A stretch of DNA of 64,000 nucleotides from Podospora anserina (lineage: Eukaryota), in the NCBI GenBank assembly GCA_017654855.1, contig CM030336.1, positions 4,278,001 through 4,342,000 on the forward strand. The letters are read 5' to 3'. Below, in pieces: positions 38,634 to 50,643 of the stretch. A program made the position numbers and the translations under genes. The notes below the pieces were generated by a model. The model made no database searches, was not told where the DNA came from, and worked only from the letters and a program-made list of their open reading frames with translations. Positions within the stretch are counted from its first letter, which is position 1; every line of letters starts with the position of its first letter.

Positions 38634-41600
38634 CTATCGCCAGGCATTTTCCTGCTCGTTGTCTCTTCGAACAGCATCTAGAGTGGATGTGTTGTTGAGA
38701 GGAGGGAGCCAGAGAAAAATAGTCATGAATTTGAACAGCTGGCGAACGGAGTAGGATGACAGAGCAAACTCAAGGGATTCCCCTTCGATATGCTCTGATA
38801 TGATAAAAGAATTTGGTGCAGAGTGCAAAGCCAAGTATATTCTCGCAACTTTGATGCCTGGTGGTTTTGTGGAATCACCTTCCGGGTAGATTAGGTTTTG
38901 GATACATCGAAGCGATATGTCTTCGGGCGGGCCGGCCAATCTACCACCTCTAGTTGGGAACACGAATGGTGAGGGTTCAACTGGGACCAGGTGATTCAGT
39001 TCACCCGCCTCTTGATTCCATGTCGCACATGATCGCTTCAGATTTTCGAGAATGTCATGTGCATACATATGATCCAGTAATGATGGTTTCAGCTCTCGAG
39101 TCCGTTAAGGAGCATGCGGAATAGCATGCCTCCTCTCTTTCTTCGGTGAAGTGTTACCCTGGCAATTGGCGAGTCGAAGTGGTCATCAATGACAATATCT
39201 TGCACAAGTTGCGGGTTTCTGGCAGTTCCAGACCGATCGTTATGATATTCACGTCCAGTAATGGCGTAAATAATAAAACGATCTGGACTCCCCATGTCTT
39301 GGGCGCTATAAAAATACCAGTTTGGGTTTGCAGATGGGTCCTTCCATTCCTTGCTTTTCCAGTGTTTTGTCCTGTCAGCTAAATAACGGTAACACGGATC
39401 CCGCATTCGTCGATGCGCAGTCTCAAGCTGAAATAATCCTTGCCATTCCGGTCCCTCGCTGCCTGCTTCGACCGGTGCAGTCAAGAACTCTTTCGCAGTT
39501 TGGTGAATGAACTGAAGCTTTCCTTCATAAATCTGGACAAAGAAGCCACAGTAGGTGTTGATCCATGCTACCAACCGGCTGAGGTCTGGCATATGAGTTC
39601 TGTCAACAGCACGTGGCTGTGTGACAGCGGCTCTCAAGACGACATTGACCTCGTCAAGCTCCAGTGGTCTCTCTGCACAGAGCATCATGGAGAGGAGTTC
39701 CTTCACGTAGCTCTTCATCCTAGGGTGCACTTTCGCCAGGAGCTTTACGTATGTGTCATTGACAGTAGGTGGAAGTTCTGTGACCCGGCATATCCATTCT
39801 TCTTCAGGCAATTCCCAGTCTTCATCAAGCAAATCAAAAACCAAGCGTAATCAGAGATAAGTGAGTTGAGTGCCTTTTGCCATTCACGCCTCTCTAATCC
39901 TGACGTGCAAATCATTTGACCACTCTTTTCTTGGGGCCATCTCATCCAGTTTCTTCTGAATCACCAGCTCAATTTCTGAAGACAGATCCCGAGGATTGTC
40001 TCGAGGATCCAAGGATATCTTGGGTACCTCGGCCAGTTCCCGGAGAATTGGCGGCGTAGGTCGAGTAGTCAACAGAAGCTTCAACTTCGACTTGGTGTTT
40101 TGCTCTCTCTCGGCTTTGCAGAAGTTTGTGGTTTTGCGAAGAAGTTCTTTGCAATCATTTTGGTCACATTCGTCCAACGCATCCAAAATACAGATGATGG
40201 GGCTTTGTTTGAGACTGACGTGGAGTAAGACCTCTTCGAGGAGACCCCATAAGCGTGTCAGTGACCTAGTTAGAGCGTCTCCCGCTTGGGTGATGTTGGC
40301 CTCTGCCTTCAAAGCCAGAAGACGATCTTGCCTCAGTATCTGGTGCAAAACCGCGCATAGGGCCATGGCGACGCCTTTTTGGGTGTCGTTGGTGTCCTTG
40401 AAGAAAAAGTGACAGACGATCTTCTGTCTCTCACTGTCCTCACGCCAGTGGTGTACTAGTGTTGTACGGCTGCGAGGATTTGTAAATAGTTGATGATATT
40501 ATTAAGTACTCAAACAAACAGCTCCGGAGAGCAAAAACTTATCCTTATCCTTCACCAAATATGTGGGCCCCAGGGCCGAAGCCCTGGAGCAACCTGACTG
40601 CCCAATCCCGCAGGAGTATTAACCTCCCACAACTAGTGACCGGGCGAGCACAGATTTGCCTTGCTCTGGTGCAGCGGTAATAAGCAAGAGTCTTTCCAAG
40701 CCATCCTCCCAATCATGAGCTTTCTTGTCGCTGAAAAACCATTTGCACGTTCCGTCCGTTGGTATGGGATGGCGATCCATGAACTCCTCATAGTTGAGAC
40801 CGCTAACACTGAACTTGCCAACAAGCTTGTCGGCTCGCTCAGTTTTACGTCTAATTCGACAAAGCAACCTTGAGTTGATTCCTGTAGTAATCGCATACAC
40901 TTCTCATCTGGGAAACGATAATTTTCGCGAAAAGGTCAATCATCCTTTCATCAAGCCTGAGCTGCAACCTTTCCATGTTGCAACTGATGAGTTTCCGTCG
41001 TATGGAAGCAGTTCCTGATACCAAGAAATCCGCGACCCGACACAAAGAATGCCTGCACGGTTATCAATCGACTGTTGTGCTGCGTTGGAAATGCACTTCA
41101 ATAAGATCGAAACATCTAGCCAGGCTGCTCCAACCTGCGGAACTGTTGCCTGAAGTGTGCTCTGAATAATGTCGCCAACATATGTGAGGACTTGAGTGAC
41201 GTCGCTCGTTGTCACCATCCCCTTTGTCCACCTCCTCGATCTTCTTCAATCCACATTCCAGAGCTATTGTAAGACGCCGGTTCCTCTCCTTATAGTCACG
41301 GTACTGCTCCTCCCCCTTTAGGTCCAGATAGTCATTGTTGAAATCGGCTCGAAGAAGGATTGTCTCAAAAAACGGTTCAACAGCTCGGTATTTTCGCTCT
41401 GGACCTTGCGTATGCCGCATCCCAGAGTGGTCGGGGAACGTGAGATGATTCCTCTGTACTACGCGGTCTCTCCAACACCGTAGAGTTGGTGATGGTTCCT
41501 CTGGATTGGGTTGCCGCTCTGGTTCTGTGGCGACAGGTGGAGAGGTTGGTGTCGGACTTGAATGAGTGGGCCCATCCTTGCTGATCGCAGTCTTGCAAAA

Positions 41601-41663
41601 CTGCTCAACAACAGGCGACTCGCTCTTTTCGGCGGCCTTCGGGCTTGAACAGCAACAACCCAT
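38634..41663 (-). pseudogene. NACHT-domain (fungal NLR-like) pseudogene
   Basis: Starts MGCCCSSP at 41663, then a helical N-terminal domain. Motifs GTCKWF, Walker A-like LLITAAPEQGKSVLARSLV, VCHFFFKD, Walker B IICILDALDEC, LLLTTRP, RPLELDE and LQFIHQTAKEFL. Disrupted by frameshifts, two TGA stops (~39885 and ~39850, TYLW>TYL*) and an LTR. Inclusion of the 38634-39068 tail is tentative. Confidence 0.88.
40460..40631. mobile_element. 172-bp solo LTR with 5-bp target-site duplication
   Basis: TGTTGTACGG...CCTCCCACA flanked by ACTAG (40455-40459 and 40632-40636). Removing it plus one TSD copy restores ...ARSLV-HHWREDSERQKIVCHFFFKD in frame. Confidence 0.92.
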
Positions 41664-42259
41664 TCGTGCTGATATGGCAAGGGGATATTTGATCTGTGGA
41701 CTGAAACACAGGTTTTTAGTTGTAATCAGATTATCGATGTCACGGATGAGAACAAATTCTGCATGTAAACGTTTGATGCCCATCGAAGCTGAACACACCA
41801 ACCCATTTACCTCTCCCTCACCAGACTTGTGGCTGAGGAGCACCGCCAATCAATTGCAGGTCCTGCCTCACAGACCAATTGATCTCTGCATACTTTACTG
41901 GGCGGGCACATTTGGCACTTGACAACGTGGACGTCAAATATTTTCTTGGCTTGGTTGGATTGACGGCGTGAGGGCTGTGTTACTGGTAGTGTCTGGTCTT
42001 GAGGAGCATGAAAGTAGTCAACAATCGCAAAGACAATTTCGTATATCTATATGCCTTTAAGTTGGTCCACAGGCGTCCTCTCACCTCAAGTGGTTGGGAC
42101 TGTTGCCCTAAGCAATCTAAATACATTTTATGTGACCATCCCATACGCTTCAAAAACGTGCCTGAGAAAAGAACATGAAAATACCAATCTACCTAGGTAC
42201 ATACCCTCAAACTCTAGTCCGTACATCCACCACCTTATTCCAGTCCTCACGTTGGACGG

Positions 42260-42430
42260 TGTAAATCAGTGTATTATAGATTAAGGTCTCAGATTACACA
42301 TAGACAGTGATAGCTAAGATAATAGGTAGACCGTAATAGCTCGGATAATGGACAGACATAGCTAAGATAATGGAGAGTGATAGCTGGGGTAATATATATT
42401 ATAGGTGTTAGCTATAATCTATAGCCTACC
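42260..42430. repeat. TpA-rich degenerate tandem repeat, probable RIP-mutated transposon/LTR remnant
   Basis: Four units of ~22-26 bp with core ATAGCT(AA/CG/GG)G(A/G)TAAT, followed by TATATAT; strongly TA-enriched relative to the flanks. Confidence 0.5.
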
Positions 42431-42509
42431 TCCCTCGATTTTGAGAACATGCCTTTGACCACCCACACCATCGAATAAACCACAACCCAAATCCTCACAT
42501 GACCCTACC

Positions 42510-43554
42510 TCAGATACCATGAACCTTTAGCTCCTCCTCGGTCCATTCAAGCAACTTCATAACCAACCCTTGGTCTTTTGTCATGACTGAACCACACCCC
42601 TTCACCCCAACAGGATGATAATACTCTCCCGTTTCCACCTCCTCAGATGGGCCAACTGCAGCCCAAAGCTGATTCAGACATCCCACCTCAGGTTTGGTTA
42701 GCATCCACCGAAACAACCAGTCACCAATTCTCACAAGTCGGTATTTGCTGATAGTTGCCCCTCCTATGTTTGTGCTCACCACTCCGGGGTGGAGTGAGAC
42801 ACACTTGATCTGGGGATATTCTTTCGCCAGGGCTTTCATCCACAGAATGTTGGCCAGTTTGCTCTCTGCGTACCTTGTCCTGTACTATCCATCAGTATCA
42901 ACTCCACCAGCAAGGAGTGACAAATTCCAGTTTCACCCATGAGACTTACCACCAAAAGCTCGTCTTCATATCTGTTTTGACCTTTGCAAAGTCAATCTTC
43001 GGCGAAGATCTGTGACCACCCGAGCTCACAGCCACAATCCTGACATCCTTTTCTTCTTGAATCTCAACCGTTTTTAGGAGAAGAGGCATCAACAGCTTTG
43101 TCAGAGCGGCATGTCCCATGTGATTAATCCCCCAATGAACCTCATACCCATCTTGCGTCACACCGACTGGCATCGCCATCACGCCTGCATTGAGAATCAT
43201 AGTATCCAGTCTTTCAGACTCCTTGAGGACCCTTTCAGCGGCATCTTTCACTGACTGCAGTGAGGCCAAGTCAAGAATGAGGGGAACAATGATAGTCGAG
43301 GCCAAGGGAACCGTGGCTGTAATCTCATATATGGCGGACTGGATTCTGTCGATATCTCGAGATGCGAGCCAAATCCGGGCCGGGGGAGATGGTGAGTGCT
43401 GGAGGAGGGCCTGGATGGTGGCTTTGCCGAGACCGGAGTTGCCGCCTGTGATGAGGACGGTTTTACCTTGGAGGGAGGGGATAGAGGTTGAGGGGTTATA
43501 TTTGATGGGGCCTAGGCCGAGGAGAGAGGTGAAAGTAGATCTAAGGGACTCCAT
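42510..43554 (-). CDS. Short-chain dehydrogenase/reductase, retinol-DH/WWOX-like (exons 43554-42950, 42879-42510)
   Basis: TGGNSGLG, LDLASL, LNAGVM, INHMGH and VSSGGH. The intron restores RYAESKLAN (YxxxK). SLHPGVV follows. Confidence 0.93.
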
Positions 43555-44086
43555 CGTTGCTAGCTAGACTGCGGTGAAATCTTTTAGAAGTTCTTGATCT
43601 GGCTTGCGGAGGCTGAGGCACGCCACCGTGGTGGTTGATGTGGCTTGCATTAGCGCCGGTAGCTCCATCTTAACGGTGACTTGTGAGGCAGGCAGGCGCG
43701 AAGATCGGTTAAACCTGCCAGAACTAGAACAGTTAAACGAGCAGATATTGAGCTTTCAGATGGTTAGGGAGCCATCATTTCATGCCTGGAAATCGTCTCT
43801 TCATTTCAAGGTGCGCATTACTTGTGCTCTAGAGCAAAGAAGGTCCGGGCGATAGCTCTTGTACCTAGGTACCTTGCGCTGCCTGTGTAACCTCTGCTTT
43901 TTCTGAGCCAATCAATGCGCTCAAACTACCACAACTATTCAGAAAGTCGCAGCTTCAGCTGAGCTTCGGTCGGGATGGGTGCCTTGCAGTCAGCCAGCTC
44001 TGGGCTTCAACTTCGAAGCAAAGAGGCATGAGTGTATTTCATCTCTCTTCCTTCCCTTTTCCACCCCGAGTTGTCTTGCTGACAGC

Positions 44087-46282
44087 ATGGCATCATCACT
44101 GTACGACCGCCTCAAAGTAAACCCTCCCGAGATCCGTTTGCTCAGCCTCCTACCTGCGACGCGAAAGACAGCCCCACTTATCTGCACTCTGCGGACGGTC
44201 TCACTCACGAACGCCTCTTCCATTCGATATCTCGCACTTTCTTACGTCTGGGGTAATCCAAGCGACACCGAAGCCATCTTTGTCAATGGAGCACCCTTTG
44301 AAGCAACCGCAAACCTTTGCGCTGCACTCCGACACATGCGCTTTGAAGACGAGCCCTTGATACTGTGGGTAGACGCAATTTGCATCAACCAAAGCAACAA
44401 TGTCGAGAAATCCGAACAGATCCGCATAATGAAAGACATCTACCAGACTGCCCCTGCTGTTAGTATCTGGCTCGGTCACAGGGACGAGCAGAGCTCGTTG
44501 GCCATGAGGCTCATTCGTTTCGCCGCAGCGCTATACACTCGATCTCGAGCCCAAACAGACGATAAACTGCTTACGGCAGATATCATGCATTACACCCTCA
44601 ATGACACCAACCTCCAAGCCCTTGTATCATTTTTCACCAAAGACTGGTGGGGACGGATATGGGTTGTCCAAGAAGCTGCCGTGGCCCAACACGCATTGTT
44701 TGTTTGTGGGAACGAGACACTGGGCTTTCGAGACTTTGCTTATGCCTTTTTCTGCTGGGCTGCGCTTCTGAAAACGCCTATCCCTAATCCTTGGCTCCGA
44801 AGCTTTAAGGAGCTTGCTGTTATTATCAACGGAACCAGCCCTAGGGCGGTTCTTTGGCAGTACACCCGCTTTCACCTACCCGAGCTCATGGAGCATACCC
44901 AATTTTACAAGGCATACACTTTGGAAGAAATGCTGGAAGAGAGTTGGAATTTTGACTCTACAGATCCGCGAGACAAGGTCTATGCGTGGATTGGTCTTCT
45001 TTCTCATGTTGATGTCGCCATCGTACCCGACTATGATGCCACTATCGCTGAAGTCTACATCGGAGTTGTAAAGCTTATTTTGGAACACAGAGGCTCTCTT
45101 TCGCTGATATCCTTCACAGGCTCTGGAGCCCGGCCTCCCAACACCCCACCCATCATTGGTCTCCCCTCTTGGGCTCCGGATCTGAGAAAGAGCGTCATTT
45201 TACAAATAAGGTGGTGGATGAGGCCAAAGAGCCACCGGGCATCAGGTAGCGCGAAAGCCAATGCGACCATTTCTCATGATCATCGAACTCTCATCACAGA
45301 TACCATCATTGCTGGTAGACTTTGCGTTGCAGATAAAGATCGTCAAGAAAATGACAGGTGGCTTGCGGGCGAGAAGCTCTGCCGTTGGCTGTACATTATT
45401 TTGCAAAACGACTTGCACCTACAACAAACCGCCTCTGCAACTGGAGACTCAAGCGACGCTTTTTTCCGAGCTTTAACACTCTCCTACCATGACGACCACT
45501 TGAACTTTGACTCATCTCACTATACGCGACTGCTCAGAGATGGGAAAATGCTAAGACTTGGGTTCATGGCTTATGTTGGGTACTTGGATCGCTTCCAGGA
45601 TTGTGTCACCTGGCAGTTTCAATGCAATAGGCGAGGAAAGGCATCCCCGCCTTATCACTTTCGGGGCCTCTTGGAGTATGGACCCGGCCAGAGGGACGAC
45701 GCAGTACAATCGGCTGCCGAACAGCAGATGACGCTCGGACTATTAAGACCACATTCTCTGAACAGAAAACCGCTGAAGTCACCCCCGCCAGAGCCAGAAT
45801 GGTCTGACTTTGCCAACTTTAGGAGATTCTTTGATTGCTTTAGTCACAGGACCTCTTCATCGTCTTCAGCAGCATCTCCGTCTTTGCAAGCACTGGAAGA
45901 CTTGATGACATCCTTGAACCCAGCTCTGCAGCCTGATGTGCCTTCTCTCCTATCGTCAACAGCAGCAGACTGGCCAACGCAGATAGAAGAAAAGGCAAGG
46001 ATTGCCGTTAGAGACTTGGTTCAAGAGTTTCTCGTGACATTCTCTCGCAGTTCGTCACATAGATCTTTGCTTGTAACAGATACGGGGTACGTAGGGTTAG
46101 GTCCTTGGACTTCGAGCGTGGGTGATTTGGTATGTGTTGTCAAGGGGTGCTCGCTGCCGATCATTGCGACGGAACATGTGTTGGGAGATGGGTGGGAGGT
46201 TGTTGGTCAGGCCTATGTCTGTGGTTGGATGTATGGTGAGAATTTGGAAGGACATGCTTGGAGGGAGATGAGGTTCAAGTAG
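44087..46282 (+). CDS. HET-domain heterokaryon-incompatibility protein (HET-6-like)
   Basis: EIRLLSL, YLALSYVWG, LWVDAICINQ, MKDIY, WWGRIWVVQE, TDPRDKVYA, LPSWAPD and C-terminal GYVGLGP...GDLVCV..G...VGQAYVCGWMYGE. Uninterrupted ORF; the first exon could lie further upstream. Confidence 0.93.
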   Translation: MASSLYDRLKVNPPEIRLLSLLPATRKTAPLICTLRTVSLTNASSIRYLALSYVWGNPSDTEAIFVNGAPFEATANLCAALRHMRFEDEPLILWVDAICINQSNNVEKSEQIRIMKDIYQTAPAVSIWLGHRDEQSSLAMRLIRFAAALYTRSRAQTDDKLLTADIMHYTLNDTNLQALVSFFTKDWWGRIWVVQEAAVAQHALFVCGNETLGFRDFAYAFFCWAALLKTPIPNPWLRSFKELAVIINGTSPRAVLWQYTRFHLPELMEHTQFYKAYTLEEMLEESWNFDSTDPRDKVYAWIGLLSHVDVAIVPDYDATIAEVYIGVVKLILEHRGSLSLISFTGSGARPPNTPPIIGLPSWAPDLRKSVILQIRWWMRPKSHRASGSAKANATISHDHRTLITDTIIAGRLCVADKDRQENDRWLAGEKLCRWLYIILQNDLHLQQTASATGDSSDAFFRALTLSYHDDHLNFDSSHYTRLLRDGKMLRLGFMAYVGYLDRFQDCVTWQFQCNRRGKASPPYHFRGLLEYGPGQRDDAVQSAAEQQMTLGLLRPHSLNRKPLKSPPPEPEWSDFANFRRFFDCFSHRTSSSSSAASPSLQALEDLMTSLNPALQPDVPSLLSSTAADWPTQIEEKARIAVRDLVQEFLVTFSRSSSHRSLLVTDTGYVGLGPWTSSVGDLVCVVKGCSLPIIATEHVLGDGWEVVGQAYVCGWMYGENLEGHAWREMRFK

Positions 46283-48338
46283 CCAGATTTTCGGGATGAT
46301 GGAAGGTGTCTCTCTTTCGAGGATGGTCAAAGATATTGAGGTCTACCTTCATCCGAAGAATACCTGGTAATGTCAGCACGACCATGCTTGGTATCACAGT
46401 ACCAGCACTGATATGGACCTACGGCTGGGTGCAGGCGTAGGTGCCAAGTAAAAGATTGAATTGTCGGATAAAGAAGAAAAGAAAAGGAAGGCAAAATACA
46501 CTGCCCACGACGTCTTCTTAAACCCTCCGGACTCCGCCTGACAAAGTACGGAATTCCCACCAGAATTGTCCGAATATCCTACGTCACGTGCAAGCCTCAC
46601 ACGTCAACCGTCCTCCCCGTCAAATAACCCTAACCCGGATCTCATCCCATAGCAAGCACAACTGACACACGAAATCATAGCAATGCAGTCACTCTTTTCC
46701 CACGCCAGTTACCTCACCACAGGGACACACATGTGTCCCTAGCACAACCTCTAGGGCTAAAGGCATGTCAAAGTCCATGTCCCTTCATCAGGTCCGTCAC
46801 CCACAGCACCTTGTCACCAGTCGGCTTGCAACCAACATAGAGATGCTGTCACTGCAGGTTACGTCGGTGTTGAAGAGCCTTGTTAATTCCGCCAACAGTC
46901 GCAATCATCAAGTTGGTTAGCAGCGCGAGACTCCGTTATAGTCGATAGTGTCGAAGTCATAATTGTTATAACCGAGTTCTGTCTAGCTTGCCTTTCACAC
47001 CAGGGGTAGACGTGTGGGGCTAACAGCACATGCTGTTAGGCTGGTGACCTAGGCAAGTCACTGGCTGCGAAAGTGAGGCCAAAATGGCCAGAAATGGTAG
47101 ACAAATTGATGATACAGTAATTTTTTGGTTGTAAAGTCTAAAAGTAAACAGTAAGGAAATCTAGCCTTAAAAGCAAACCGGTGTGGGTCTGGTGAAAGCC
47201 TGGGCCCTTTGACTGGTGCCTCACACATGCCTACCTATATAACGACGTGGGACCATGCAGCACTCGCTTGGCTAATGGCTAACCAGGTTGAAGAAAGGAT
47301 ACGCCAGGTGTGAAGAGAAGTGAGCTTGCGAACAGAAAACGGCTGACTGTGTTTGAATACATGTGTGTAAGTTCTGAGATCTTGAACTTCGACTCAATGC
47401 TCACCACCTGACTTGAGCACTTCGCCGTAGGCAAAGTGACGGGGAATGTATGGGTGTGCAGCTCAGCCCTTGCCACTTGGCGTTATGCAACGACCTGCAG
47501 TTGGTGATCTGGAGCCTCCCGAAACTTTTCGGTGAATTTAGCCGAGTCTGATCACGGTAATAACATTTCATGGGTTTCTGAACCCAGTCGCCAACATGAG
47601 CTCATTGATAGGTGGGGTATATATAGATGGAGACAAGTTCTGTGATTGTAGGTATGGGAAGTGATCACGGGTTGAGAAGACCCTGAACACGTCACCACGT
47701 GGAGTACTTGATTCACATAGCTACCACAGTGAAGCTATCGTGACCCAAGTATACTGGTAGGTGTCGGATGTTGGGTCTCCGGCTCGGATGCCGCCGTGGA
47801 GAGCAACGAAGTAGAAAACAGAGACCGGACTTGTAAGAAGGTACGTAGATGGTGAATTACCTTAAGCAAGGAATTGACAGTGTGGACGACAATCTCTCTG
47901 AAAGTACTTCACAGCGGTACTCGTGCGTGAAATGCTGACATGTTTATGCATCTGGAGTTGTTTATTCGTCAGCTCAAGGAATTCTGTATAATTTCTGGGC
48001 CGTAAGAAAGCTGGGGCCATTCAGCTGACATCCGAGACCAACCGTCCAACACGTTTTCGAGTGTATCACGCCACCTAAATAACCAAAAATGACAGCCAAG
48101 CTGTGAAGCACGTTGCAGGGGCCAGTAAGGCACCCGTGTGGAGCACATCCAAGCTGCTTGTTTCCTTGACCCGTATCTGTACTGTAGATTATTCAGGGGC
48201 CGAGGAACGTGTATAAAAGCGAGCAGTCACCCAGATACAACAGCCTCTTGACACCGCTCACCATTCGACTCATACTCTCCAACCTTCTCACTTCCACTCC
48301 GTCACTTCTCTCGCCCAGAACTCCAACCCATAGACAAA

Positions 48339-48861
48339 ATGGTCAGCTTCAAGTCCCTCGCCACCCTCCTTGCTTTTGGCGTTCTCTCCGCCACTGCTGC
48401 CCCTGCTGGAGATGCTTTGAACGGGAGCCATCTTGAGGCTCGGCAGTCGCCCCGTCAGGTCTTTGCCTGCAAGGATTGGTACTGGCAAGGACAGTGTATC
48501 ACCTGGGACATGATCTACGCTGAATGCAGTAAGCAAATACCCCAGGAGGACAGACATGAATATGCACTGATACAAGTTCCGCGTTGCCTCTAGGGAACCT
48601 TCCCGCGGAGTGGAACGATGTCATCAGCTCAATCAAAAGTGTTCACAGAACTGGTGTCTATTGCGAGTGGTGGGAGTAAGTTTTGCCCTGAACCGGTGGA
48701 TCAACACAGTCATCAGCCGCAGTTGTTGTGATCACAGCTAACATTCTTCTCCTAGGCACGCCAACTGCTCTGGCGAGCGTTACGACAACCAGGAGGACGC
48801 CAACCTTCACGATGGCGATGGCTTCTTCGCCGATCGCATCAGTTCCATTCGCTGCTACTAA
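48339..48861 (+). CDS. Small secreted beta/gamma-crystallin-like protein (exons 48339-48528, 48594-48675, 48756-48861)
   Basis: Signal peptide and pro-region ending LEARQ. Mature part VFACKDWYWQGQC...CRNLPAEWNDVISSIK...CEWWEHANCSG...FADRISSIRCY has two (N/D)-x-ISS Greek-key-type motifs and 6 Cys. TATAAAA at ~48212. Confidence 0.85.
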
Positions 48862-48999
48862 GCCCGGCAATGGGCTAGCCATATATGTGATTGGTCAGTG
48901 ACGTCGTGTGCAGTATTGAGAGGGAAACGGGGTTTGGGGGAAGTCGGTTGACTGATTTATGGTAATGGTTGGAATGGGAAGTTTGGCACGCAGTTGGCG

Positions 49000-49680
49000 T
49001 CATGTCTGACTACTTAGGTATACAGTTTGCAAATCCACTTTCTGTATGTACGCTTGCTCGCGCAATTCAGCATGTAACGATTAGACGCATGCTTTAAAGG
49101 ATACCTGGGTAGAGAGAATACACTTACCATCCGGAAACAATGTTCGCGATGCTCTCCCCGTGTCGCCGCTCTTTTGCACTCTGCCACTGGCCCAAAGACC
49201 TGGAACCATATGCCTCCTGTAACAATGCAGTTTTCACGATAATACGGTGCGCTGCGGCATTTGCAAAGACTGCATGACGTTCCTCTCGTGTTATTTTCTC
49301 GCTGGAGCTCACACCGCTATAGACAATCAGAACCGAAACCAGCATACAGCAAGGGGAAAAGAGGGGACACGATAAAACTTTTACATCACAATCAGGGCAT
49401 ACCTGTTCCGAGGCTTCACCCCCAGCATATTTTGGGCTTTCGGCGAGACAGGTTCCGGCATTTCCCGCCTTGTTGCAAGAGCATGGGCCATCTTTCTTCA
49501 AGGGCTAGGAATGGGAGAAATGAACAGTTAGTGAAGATATTTCATCGCATTCCGCTGCGCGTTCAAGGTCACGGGTCGTGAACGGCAACTCACCCTCCAG
49601 TGAATCTGGCACCAACCTGCCAAGTCTGGGTTGCCCGGTGGGCCGCACCCGTCCAGCCTGCTGCACTCCTTTGTAGACAT
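49000..49680 (-). CDS. Non-secreted Cys-rich protein A, ~145 aa, 15 Cys (exons 49680-49594, 49504-49385, 49316-49128, 49041-49000)
   Basis: Three phase-0 GT..AG introns give an open frame: MSTKECSRLDGCGPPGNPDLAGWCQIHWR/PLKKDGPCSCNKAGNAGTCL...VCPDCD/RCELQRENNTRGTSCSLCKCRS...EHREHCFRM/KVDLQTVYLSSQT. The exon structure is mirrored by the neighbouring paralog. The last acceptor is uncertain. Confidence 0.72.
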
Positions 49681-50643
49681 TTCCTCGCGATGATGATGCT
49701 AACGGGGGTTCGAGATGTCGGGTTTGGTGGGTAAGGTAGTATTGATGGATTGAGTCGTTGTGTACAGGTATTGATGAAAAATTCTGGAAGAAAAGGAAAA
49801 GTCAGAACAGTGGACACCTCCCGGAGTGTGAAGGCTTCACAAACCCTGTCGGGTGGCCTGGCGCCACACCGCAAAAAGGAGGCCTAGTCCAAAGCTTTGA
49901 CGAGGTGACAGGTCTTCGGACTTTAGAGACACGTCCATCTTCGTGTTCAGGTACATAGAAACAATGTTGAAGGTCTTACGCTGCTTAATGTTTATGAGTC
50001 AAGAAATTATTTAACATATGATGGGTGGTCAACTGAGCCATGTATTTGTCCCGTGCTAGCCATATCGGTTTCTCTTGGAGATCTATTTCAGTAGGGTATG
50101 GATGCAGCTCACTGTAACCCCAGGTAGCAGACAAATCACCATCAACATATAGCAATGGACCCATTACGTTTGATGGAGATTGAAAATAAGATTTCTTCGT
50201 GTTAGCTACCTACCTAGGTAATGTAGGTACCAAGAAAAGACAACAACTCTAAGGAACAGCAGCCACCCGATGTCTGAGACTGGTTGAAGTTTCTGAGCAT
50301 GGGCTAATGTAGCCGGCCAATCTAGAAACTCTAGACAACGATAGAGAAAAACGTGAGTAAAAGCAACCAAGCAGCTAGCCACTGGAACTAGGTAGGCGGG
50401 TATTGTTCGTATCCAGACTGATAGTAACCCTGATCCAATGAATTCAAAGTGTACCTAAGGCACCTTGTTATACATGGTCAGTAGGACCAAGACATTCCAG
50501 TATGTAACCAGCACATTCTAGTGTTAGCCACTCCATGGCTTGTAATTTCAACAGCTCATCTGTAACTAAATGATGGGGTTGCGACTTCGTGATGCAACAC
50601 CCAAACTCCTTCTCCCATATATCTATCCCGGCGGCACAAATGG

